Below are positions 48,987-56,632 of a stretch of 64,000 nucleotides of DNA, in pieces. The translations under genes were made by a program, and so were the position numbers. Below the pieces are notes generated by a model. That model was given only the letters and a program-made list of their open reading frames with translations. It was not told the origin of the DNA and made no database searches. Numbering within the stretch: the stretch's first letter is position 1; the number at the start of each line of letters is the position of its first letter. The stretch is taken from IMG/VR virus record IMGVR_UViG_3300005264_000064, positions 1-64,000 of that record. One strand, given 5' to 3'. The DNA comes from a virus.

Positions 48987-50126
48987 CTAAATGACGGTGT
49001 ATGTGTTGCGAGAAATCTCGCCTCTGTCGTCTTTGAAGGTAATTGACTTCATTGTACCTAATTGACGTCGGTACCCCATGTCATGGGCCCAGAAGTTGTT
49101 GGAGGGTATGTTGCGGAAGGACTCAGCCTTGCATATACGTCCGTCGACAACTGCGTCCACATGTGTGTGACCGAAGAAAGCGTAACGAAACTTTGAGTCA
49201 GAGAATGTGCTGGCGCAATCTACTGCGAGTACTTCACCTGCATTCTTCATCTTCAATGAATCGCCGTGGGCGAATTGAAAGATGTTTTGTCCGAAGTGGT
49301 GATACTTGATAGGATTGGCTGAATCACATACAATGACTCGTGGTTCGTTGCGGTAGTATTGAAGAATTACTTCGCGGACTGCGGTACTCATAACGAATGA
49401 GTGGTTACCAATTATGTTATAGAAGTAGACTATCTCGTGTTTAGCGAGGGCCTTGTCAATTAGATTGATTAAGGCTTTATACGCTACGCGTAGAACTTTA
49501 GGTAGTCTGCTGTCGACGTCTAGCTGGTTTCCTGATTTGGCGGTCGTGTTAGATGTAGAGTCTGCTTCTACGAGATCACCAAGGTCAACTACAAGACCGT
49601 ATTTAGACATAGGGGCAGCGTCTACTAAGTAGGTAACGGCTTTGTCTAGTTCAGTTTCTGCTGTGTGAATGTCCCAATCTTTGCCAGTTTCATCACCCCA
49701 AGAGAGCATTCCGAAGTGTAAGTCATTGCTGATATACATCGTTAGTGAGTGCTCGTCTAGGTTGACGTCTGCTAGCGGCTCGGGTACGGGTTCACTCGGT
49801 GTGAGTGTTGCTGCTAGATTTTTAACTGCATCAGCTACTGCTGACAGTTGGTCTTCCTTTGCAACGTCTGACTTTACCCACTGAATTATGACATTTCCAG
49901 AATCATCATACAGCGTACTTGTGCCTTTTAGGACCTCTCCAACAGAGACATAGTTCCCAGAGTCTATAGGCAGTAAGCCCTTGCGTCGGTAACGTTCTAG
50001 GCGTTCCTTTACGCGTTGTTTTGACATCTTTGGGTTTGTCTCCCGTATACGTTCGAGCATGGCAGTAAGGTTGTGGTTACAGTCATTAGCTATTGTTATG
50101 AATTCTTCTGACTTTATATACGTCAT
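48987..50126 (-). CDS. Calcineurin-like metallophosphoesterase (possible nuclease)
   Basis: DLHFG, LGDLVE, GNH, AHGD, GHTH. Confidence 0.8.
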   Translation of the reverse strand: MTYIKSEEFITIANDCNHNLTAMLERIRETNPKMSKQRVKERLERYRRKGLLPIDSGNYVSVGEVLKGTSTLYDDSGNVIIQWVKSDVAKEDQLSAVADAVKNLAATLTPSEPVPEPLADVNLDEHSLTMYISNDLHFGMLSWGDETGKDWDIHTAETELDKAVTYLVDAAPMSKYGLVVDLGDLVEADSTSNTTAKSGNQLDVDSRLPKVLRVAYKALINLIDKALAKHEIVYFYNIIGNHSFVMSTAVREVILQYYRNEPRVIVCDSANPIKYHHFGQNIFQFAHGDSLKMKNAGEVLAVDCASTFSDSKFRYAFFGHTHVDAVVDGRICKAESFRNIPSNNFWAHDMGYRRQLGTMKSITFKDDRGEISRNTYTVI

Positions 50127-50174
50127 CGAACTCCTTTGTGTTGATCTAGGACTTACTCCGAGGATGCCTTGATG

Positions 50175-50879
50175 CTATTTGAACTTTGCGAATTTACTAC
50201 CAGCAGTACCCGTTTTCTTTGGTGCTGGGGCTTTCTTACCGCCTTTGCTACCACGTTTTGCTTCGATCCAGGCTGCTACCTCTTCTGGAGTTGGGGCTGC
50301 TTCGCCTGCTGATTTATTTTCTTTATAGAAAGGCTGGGTAGTAGCGTCTTTAGTTAGGATCTTTTCTAACTGAGCGCCTAGTACTACCTTGTCGTCATCT
50401 TCTTTCTGTGTTAACTCGTCAGCTGTTGCGCCTTCTGCTGAAAAGAAGTTATAAGGAACCATAGATTCTCTGATTTCGCCTTTGTATTTAGTAAACTCTT
50501 GTTTGATTTGGATTTTAATTTCCAAGTCTGCTAAGTCTGTTAAGCACATAAACTCTTGAGGCTTGTTATCCTTACCTACGTTGTGCACCTCTTCTTCCAT
50601 TGTCGGCTCTTGTCCATCTTCCATACCACCTATTACTAGTAGTTTATTTAGTAGACGTGCTCCGATTTCGTTTGTAGACTCGTCGATGTTTTGTACAGTC
50701 GAGCCATATATAGTCTGAGAGTTACCGTTGTAGTCTACGTTCATATTGAAAGAGACTGCACCTTTTGCTGATTGGTCTAATGAAACGAAGTTAATTTTAA
50801 CATCGTAAACTCCTGATGCGCCTATAAAAGATGATCCTGTAGATTCTTTTAACGCGTCTTTATTTTTACTTACTTTAAG
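50175..50879 (-). CDS. Putative ssDNA-binding protein; frame open 45 codons upstream of the first ATG (50744) but no start codon or RBS there
   Basis: LKVSKNKDALKESTGSSFIGASGVYDVKI.. precedes MNVDY. Lys/Ala-rich tail ending in aromatic residues. Follows the AAA ATPase. Confidence 0.55.
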   Translation of the reverse strand, partial: LKVSKNKDALKESTGSSFIGASGVYDVKINFVSLDQSAKGAVSFNMNVDYNGNSQTIYGSTVQNIDESTNEIGARLLNKLLVIGGMEDGQEPTMEEEVHNVGKDNKPQEFMCLTDLADLEIKIQIKQEFTKYKGEIRESMVPYNFFSAEGATADELTQKEDDDKVVLGAQLEKILTKDATTQPFYKENKSAGEAAPTPEEVAAWIEAKRGSKGGKKAPAPKKTGTAGSKFAKFK

Positions 50880-50889
50880 CGGGTTCGAG

Positions 50890-51552
50890 CTAAAGTTCGA
50901 AATCTACTACCTGGTCTGTTAACTTACTAAGTTGTGCCATATGTTCTGCTAAGTTGTAGCTTTCTACTGGTTGGCTAGCTGGTAGGTCATTTAGAACTGT
51001 ACGTGCTGGGAACTTTGTTGAGCGGTGATGAATAATACGTTTATTGTTTTTAGTTTCTACAAATACGCTATTATCAACTTCTGCAAGGAAGCCCCCTCTT
51101 TTGGCAAAATTACCTTTTCCCACTAAGTTGTACATAGCGGTGTCGGGATCCCATATTGCATGAGAGATTAGCACTACATTTATGTCAGATCCTATGAGAG
51201 TATTCTGGACATACGAGGTAAACTCATTTATTTCTCTATCTAATTCTGAGTAGACTTTAAACCCTGTATGTTTTTGGTTACAGTTATCTAAGATTGTATC
51301 GAATATTTTTGATACGGAATCCCACACAATCGTTGCTGGGTACGTGCTAAACTTACTTTTGTAAGCCTCTATCTTAGAATTTGTTAGCTTAATTAGCTCA
51401 TCAACTGAATCAAATGTTGTGATGTTTGTATGAGGTATTGGAAAGGGGTAATTCTTACCGTCATGAGACATTACAAGTGTATCTTTTAGTGGTTCTGTCA
51501 ATGTAGTTTTACCCGCGTTAGACTGCCCACTTACTAATAGTTTAATTGCCAT
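50890..51552 (-). CDS. AAA_24/Sak4-like ATPase
   Basis: GQSNAGKTT, IVWDSVS, VLISH. Confidence 0.8.
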   Translation of the reverse strand: MAIKLLVSGQSNAGKTTLTEPLKDTLVMSHDGKNYPFPIPHTNITTFDSVDELIKLTNSKIEAYKSKFSTYPATIVWDSVSKIFDTILDNCNQKHTGFKVYSELDREINEFTSYVQNTLIGSDINVVLISHAIWDPDTAMYNLVGKGNFAKRGGFLAEVDNSVFVETKNNKRIIHHRSTKFPARTVLNDLPASQPVESYNLAEHMAQLSKLTDQVVDFEL

Positions 51553-51709
51553 ATAATTCCTTATTATTTTAGTATGTAGCTGATAATACCATCAGGAAAT
51601 AGATCTCCTTGAGGATTACCAAGTGTTAGAATTAACAAAGTTAATTCGCCTATGGAGCATACCGATATAAGTACTACCTGTTGTTGGTATTGTCACGGCT
51701 ACTCCTTGT

Positions 51710-51921
51710 ATTAAGTTGTCACAATAAAACTAAGTACCAAATTTTCGCGCTAAGATGTCCTGGATTCTAGATCTGGCTGATGCAGCATGCGCTAGGTAGT
51801 TATCGTGAGCTTTAGCGTAGATAACTACCTTATTAGTACCATTATGTTACATAGCTGATGGAGGCTACTACAGTACTAACGTAGTTATTGTTCGTACTTA
51901 GCTTTAATGTAACAACTTAAT
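51710..51921 (-). ncRNA. Retron-like msr-msd cassette C (orphan)
   Basis: 28-nt terminal inverted arms (51710-51737 / 51894-51921, 25 WC plus 2 G-U), unpaired G at 51893, conserved core 51851-51869, 11-bp hairpin 51794-51830. Confidence 0.75.
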
Positions 51922-51926
51922 GAAGG

Positions 51927-52868
51927 CTACTTTAGTCTATAGTCTTTGTAGAGTAAATAGTTAAGTGATGGATTTTCTTTTGACTTTTGCATTGTTTCTG
52001 CCACTAGTTTAAGGAGTGATGTGATGAAACGAATGTCGTCGAGGTTAATGTACTCTGTTGTTTGGGTACACGTCGCTGGATAATCTTTTATTTTGTTGCC
52101 TTTGGTTCCTGTCCTGTTGATATTGTCACGAGTAATCCAGATAATTCGGATACGGTCCACTTTGTACCCTAACGCTGTGTAGATGTAGGCGTAGCATAGA
52201 AGCTGAAGCTTATAGGCATAGGGGATTGTTTTAGGTGGAGTAAGTGCAGACGTGGTTTTGTAATCCTCAATGCAAAGTGACGTTTTATTTCCTTGGGCTG
52301 CGTCACATGACCCACATACGTGATAGCCAGGAATAACTTCAGCGTGTATGAGTTCTTCGGAGTGTGCTGGCAGACCATTCTGTCTGATGTACTGAATGAG
52401 GGCGTTACCCATTGGTTTATATTGTTGGAGTATGATGTCGGCGTCTATATCTGGATTTTGCCAACGTTCGCTGAGTAGTTCCTCGATGTCGCATTTAACA
52501 TCGTCTTTATAACGTACATCGTCGTCGTATGTTTCATCGTTTGGAGCAGGCTGTAGGGTGTCAAATTCCTCTAGTAGCTGAAGGAATTGTTGTTCGTAGT
52601 TGGCAGGTATTTTACCTTGGGTGAATAAATACTTCCACATTTCTCGTGAGTCGACTTTCTGTGTCTTGGTAAAGTCCTCTGCTATAAAGTGTATTAAAGT
52701 TCCGAGCACACTGGCCGTTGAACCTGTGAAGCCTTCGTTACCGAGGATTTCAGTGTCATACCACTTATGCGGTTCTTTAAAGAACCTTGCAAACTGTGAT
52801 GGAGATATTCCCTCTGTGTTAGGAGGAAGGACTGACTTCCCACTGATATAGTCTAATTTAGTTTTCAT
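51927..52868 (-). CDS. PD-(D/E)XK (Cas4/RecB-like) exonuclease
   Basis: LGTLIH, GSCD, IEDYKTT, YKLQLLCYA. Confidence 0.75.
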   Translation of the reverse strand: MKTKLDYISGKSVLPPNTEGISPSQFARFFKEPHKWYDTEILGNEGFTGSTASVLGTLIHFIAEDFTKTQKVDSREMWKYLFTQGKIPANYEQQFLQLLEEFDTLQPAPNDETYDDDVRYKDDVKCDIEELLSERWQNPDIDADIILQQYKPMGNALIQYIRQNGLPAHSEELIHAEVIPGYHVCGSCDAAQGNKTSLCIEDYKTTSALTPPKTIPYAYKLQLLCYAYIYTALGYKVDRIRIIWITRDNINRTGTKGNKIKDYPATCTQTTEYINLDDIRFITSLLKLVAETMQKSKENPSLNYLLYKDYRLK

Positions 52869-53826
52869 GGACGCGCCTTTTCTTGTAATATGATAGTAAG
52901 AGATGATCGAGGAATTTCCTATCTACTTCTTCTGGGAGGTCACTGTTTCGTATTAGCTGCTCTACTTCGTCAAGTGCAACTTTGATGTTATCTAGAGTTG
53001 CTGACAATAGGGATTCATCTGTGTTATATTTGACTTGTTTGACGCTGTCTGCGTACGCTAAAGGGAACTTGATATTGTTTGTCGATATGAGTTCTCGTAA
53101 TTCTAAGGTTACCCGTAGAGCATGACTGAGGGCCTTCCAGTCAGTACCTGTTGCTGAGGACTTAGCCCGTGAACCGTATTGGTCACGTGCTGCGAGAACT
53201 CTGTCTTTTAGGAGCTGGACAGGTAGAGACATGTCATGAAGCTTGCCGAGAACTGAGATGTACTTCTTACCCTTTTGTTCTATGCGCATGATGTATTTAT
53301 ACCCTTCTGTAGATACTTGATAGCAGTTGGAACATGTAGAAAGGTGTTTTGCAAATTCTACTATTTCTCCATAGCGTGAGCCCTTGATGCCGTACTTCGA
53401 TGCTTGTTGCATGCAGTAACCTACAAATGATGATGTGTTGTTTGTTAGAAGTTTGTCGAGGTTTCTGTGAAGTGTGTCGACAAAACTCGGGTCAGAAAAA
53501 ATTGCTGAGGATGATTTCATTGAGAACAGTAGGTCGAGGGCAGATGTTTCTCCCTTGCTGAGAAGCTTAAAGTATTGCTGGACACTGTAGAGACTGATGT
53601 CGATGTCGTCTGCTGTGTTCTTTGAGTTCTGGTTACCGGATGAGTACTCGTATGTGGACTTGTTGCTGCCAAGGATGACAGAGTCAATCGATGGTAGGAA
53701 GATGCCCTTGTAGTCGATGTCGGATGATGGAGAGTCTGTGCCATACAAGGTACTACCGAATTCTGTTAGGTAGATGAGGCGGTCGCCTGGTTGTAATAAA
53801 GATTTAGCTCGTTGTACGGGTGTCAT
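52858..53826 (-). CDS. Pol-beta-family nucleotidyltransferase (RlaP/YcgL-like)
   Basis: FGSTLYGTDSPSSDIDYKGIF, QASKYG.KGSR, DWKALSHALR. Confidence 0.8.
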   Translation of the reverse strand: MTPVQRAKSLLQPGDRLIYLTEFGSTLYGTDSPSSDIDYKGIFLPSIDSVILGSNKSTYEYSSGNQNSKNTADDIDISLYSVQQYFKLLSKGETSALDLLFSMKSSSAIFSDPSFVDTLHRNLDKLLTNNTSSFVGYCMQQASKYGIKGSRYGEIVEFAKHLSTCSNCYQVSTEGYKYIMRIEQKGKKYISVLGKLHDMSLPVQLLKDRVLAARDQYGSRAKSSATGTDWKALSHALRVTLELRELISTNNIKFPLAYADSVKQVKYNTDESLLSATLDNIKVALDEVEQLIRNSDLPEEVDRKFLDHLLLSYYKKRRVHEN

Positions 53827-54814
53827 TGAGTAGTCCTATAAAATATGTGCGAGCTAGTCTGCTTAGGGGTTTGCTGACCTGTTTTGTGGTGAGTTTAGCC
53901 TCTTCTAGTATGTCATACTCTTCCTTCCAGGTGTCTTCGAGGACCCACTTTAAGTAAGTACCTAGCTCTTTGTAACTGATGTCTTGTTCCCAGTTGGGGC
54001 CATAGATTTCAAATATTGCCTGTTGGCAACGTTCAGGTGAGAATAGCTGGCGTGCTACGCGGTCGTAATTGGCGGTGTTTGCTAATTCCTCTGGAGTAAA
54101 TGGTTGTTTGGGTACACGAGAAGCTTTACTGTGTTTATCCCCTTTCACTTTAAAGCGGATTACTTTATCATTGAACATTGCTTTCCAGACTACACCTTCA
54201 CCGATAAGATTAGTGTCGTCAGGTAGGTAGTGTGCGGCTACTGGGCAGCAGTCTTCTACTTCTTGTGTATATGGTGCTAAGAGAGTTGTCAGTTCTTCCA
54301 AAGACTTGGAGAAGTCGATAGCTATTGATTTGTAGTAGAATGACTGAATAGCATTGTACGCCGGTAGATTCAATTCTGGATTTAACCAAGGCTCTGTTGT
54401 TGTGGGACTCGTATCTTCTATATGACTTTCGATTTCGAAAGCGTAGAATGATTTTGGTAATTTGCTGATGCCAATGTTCTTTTGAATACCTTTGCCAGCG
54501 AATTCTCCGAAGACGATAACGGTCTCTTTGGGGTGTTGGATGGCGTTAAACAGTACGTCGAAAGAATGTTTGTGCTCTACTACGTACTTGGCGAAACCCA
54601 TATGGTCGTCTTCTGGAGTAATGATTTTGTTGCGAGACTGTGCGTAACGAGTACCATCTGGTAGTTGTACTACAGCAGCATTGACTCCGTGGAGTTTAAC
54701 TGTACCACTGAAGTTGATAGTTGGATACGGAAGGTTGTCGTACTCAGCTTGTTCACGAATTGCTTTGTACACGTGACGGAATTGTTCGATTGATGGGTAC
54801 TTGTAATGTGTCAT
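53804..54814 (-). CDS. ATP-dependent RNA ligase (Rnl2-like adenylation domain)
   Basis: KYPSI, KLHGVN, QSR, FGEFAGKGIQK, GEGVVWK, FKVK. Confidence 0.8.
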   Translation of the reverse strand: MTHYKYPSIEQFRHVYKAIREQAEYDNLPYPTINFSGTVKLHGVNAAVVQLPDGTRYAQSRNKIITPEDDHMGFAKYVVEHKHSFDVLFNAIQHPKETVIVFGEFAGKGIQKNIGISKLPKSFYAFEIESHIEDTSPTTTEPWLNPELNLPAYNAIQSFYYKSIAIDFSKSLEELTTLLAPYTQEVEDCCPVAAHYLPDDTNLIGEGVVWKAMFNDKVIRFKVKGDKHSKASRVPKQPFTPEELANTANYDRVARQLFSPERCQQAIFEIYGPNWEQDISYKELGTYLKWVLEDTWKEEYDILEEAKLTTKQVSKPLSRLARTYFIGLLNDTRTTS

Positions 54815-54815
54815 G

Positions 54816-55082
54816 TTAGTCCTTTAGGTTGATTACTGAGCTGTCTTGAAGGTAGTGAACGCCGCGTATGTTGTAATAATGGTGGAAATCGTGGTTGCCA
54901 GCGACTAAGAATTTGTCCTTATAAGGCTGTTGACAAAACCAGTCTAGGAACTCAATAGATTCATCTTTGTGCTGTACCCGAGAAGCAGTGAAGTCGCCAA
55001 CATGGATTAAGACGTCAGCTGGTGGTAGGTTACGTGGTTTGTAGCCGTGGGTGTCTGATATGCAACATATGGTCATATTCAT
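54816..55082 (-). pseudogene. Truncated metallophosphoesterase
   Basis: ISDTHG, HVGDF, AGNHD, YLQDS then stop. The C-terminal H and GHxH motifs are absent. Confidence 0.65.
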
Positions 55083-55083
55083 A

Positions 55084-55311
55084 TCAGTGTTCTCTACCAA
55101 AGTAGTTGTACACTGCAGTGTAGAGCTCCAGTAGTACCATTCGCATTGCTACTATTGCTGTTAGTAAGAAATAAATTATACCTACGTTAGTCAAATATGC
55201 TGCAGGCTGTTCTAAGATACTGGTATGTGGCTGTGTGTACACAGCTAGGACGAAAGGTGACCCTAGTAGTAGTATAGTTTTTAGGTGTGTTAGTACTTTA
55301 TGTTTTGTCAT
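55084..55311 (-). CDS. Small membrane protein
   Basis: Two hydrophobic segments. Confidence 0.55.
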   Translation of the reverse strand: MTKHKVLTHLKTILLLGSPFVLAVYTQPHTSILEQPAAYLTNVGIIYFLLTAIVAMRMVLLELYTAVYNYFGREH

Positions 55312-55323
55312 GTCTGGCCTTTG

Positions 55324-55431
55324 TTAGTCTTCATTTACCGCGTTATATAGCATTACGCCTAGTAGTATGAATGCTGCTACAATTGGTGCAAAAACCACTA
55401 TGAGGCCTACTGTATGCACTAAAGCGGTCAT
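55324..55431 (-). CDS. Small single-TM protein
   Basis: MTALVHTVGLIVVF.., ATGA overlap with the upstream stop. Confidence 0.45.
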   Translation of the reverse strand: MTALVHTVGLIVVFAPIVAAFILLGVMLYNAVNED

Positions 55432-56144
55432 ATCTGTCTCTTTACTTGGACTACTTCGAAGGATGGTAGTAGGATAGCTGTGAGGTACCCGCGATGGCGA
55501 GTGTCGTAACAGCAACCTGTGTCGAGGTTAAGGGTGTTATGTTTATATTCGGCTGTTGGTGGTTGAGTGTAAGTGTTAGTATATTTTCCTTGCTTCCAGT
55601 AATCGACTGGTGTGTGGCCGAATACGTTGAAGTAAAGTTGCTTGCGAGGTCTAGTGGAGCGGTTCCATGTTGACGGTTCATCGAGTAAGGTGTGCTGACG
55701 GCAGGCGTCGTCATGGATAGCAAAAAGTCCCGTAATGTCAGTGTGCGATACAATGATTGGTAGGCCTTCTGACGTGACATGGCCAGTGTTAATTGCTAGC
55801 GGGAGAGTTTTGAAGTATTCTATGTCGGAGTACAGCTGTTGCATGTCGTCGGAGTATGACCGTATACAAGTACCACCGCCGTTGGTATACCATGGGGTGT
55901 ACTCTATGTCAGCGGATTGGAGTGCGGGAGAGTCCTGAATGGCCATGAGCTCATGGTTGCCAACTACACATTTGTAGTTGTTGTCACGAAATAATTTGAT
56001 TACTTTAGCGGAGTCAGGGCCTCTGTCGATGAGATCTCCTACAGCGACTACGTTTGTTGTTGTGAGGTCTACTTTAGTAAGGAGCTCTTGTAATTCAGAA
56101 AAACATCCGTGGATATCTCCGATGATTAGCGTTTGTCGTTTCAT
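55428..56144 (-). CDS. Ser/Thr protein phosphatase (PPP/ApaH-like)
   Basis: GDIHG, GDLIDRG, GNHE, FGHTP, LDTGC. Confidence 0.9.
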   Translation of the reverse strand: MKRQTLIIGDIHGCFSELQELLTKVDLTTTNVVAVGDLIDRGPDSAKVIKLFRDNNYKCVVGNHELMAIQDSPALQSADIEYTPWYTNGGGTCIRSYSDDMQQLYSDIEYFKTLPLAINTGHVTSEGLPIIVSHTDITGLFAIHDDACRQHTLLDEPSTWNRSTRPRKQLYFNVFGHTPVDYWKQGKYTNTYTQPPTAEYKHNTLNLDTGCCYDTRHRGYLTAILLPSFEVVQVKRQI

Positions 56145-56440
56145 CTTTTTTCCTTATAGAGCTGACATATTAATTTTGTCGTGTCGTGTACTCTTGCTTT
56201 TGACCACCAATATGGGAGGTCTAGTGATCCTAATCCGTAACGTAACCACAGGACTTGCCCAAAGAAGGTGTCCTTGAACATGTGGTCTTTACTGAGGTCG
56301 TACTTGCAGAGGAACTCCAGGGCTTCTGCTGCTGAGGCCTTGCGCCAACGGTACGTGAGTAAGCCTGGGGATTCCAGTGGTACTTTCTCTTTTACCATGA
56401 GTACTTGTTTACAGAATCCCTGTTTAAACATATATTGCAT
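56141..56440 (-). CDS. Hypothetical protein
   Basis: ORF coupled to both neighbours. Confidence 0.5.
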   Translation of the reverse strand: MQYMFKQGFCKQVLMVKEKVPLESPGLLTYRWRKASAAEALEFLCKYDLSKDHMFKDTFFGQVLWLRYGLGSLDLPYWWSKARVHDTTKLICQLYKEKR

Positions 56441-56442
56441 GA

Positions 56443-56592
56443 TTAGCCTTTGATATTGAGGATGGGCACCACTCTGTCTAGGACTTCTACTAGGTCGGAC
56501 TGGTTGTTCATAACCTCGAAGATGTTTTTGTAGGCTAGAGGCGCCTCGTCTAAGTTGCTGTCTGAGTGGTTTGTTGCTAGATCTGGTCTCAT
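56443..56592 (-). pseudogene. rtcB: RtcB RNA ligase C-terminal remnant (49 aa, not in ORF track)
   Basis: AAGGAG RBS, MRPDLATNHSDSNLDEAPLAYKNIFEVMNNQSDLVEVLDRVVPILNIKG. DEAP.AYK and terminal IKG are RtcB signatures. Confidence 0.75.
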
Positions 56593-56632
56593 TTAACTCC
56601 TTTGTAGGTATTGTTTCTATCGTAACCTGTAG

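Noticed and set aside
51555-51700. Short GTG-started ORF with AAGGAG RBS (TIPTTGSTYIGM...), possible second GIY-YIG remnant
   Set aside because: Only about 26 codons, and the YIG match alone is insufficient.
51710-51921. MITE or simple terminator explanation for the inverted-repeat units
   Set aside because: The terminal arms differ completely between copies while an internal core is conserved, which is the opposite of a MITE. Mismatches favour G-U pairs on one strand, and no U-tracts are present.
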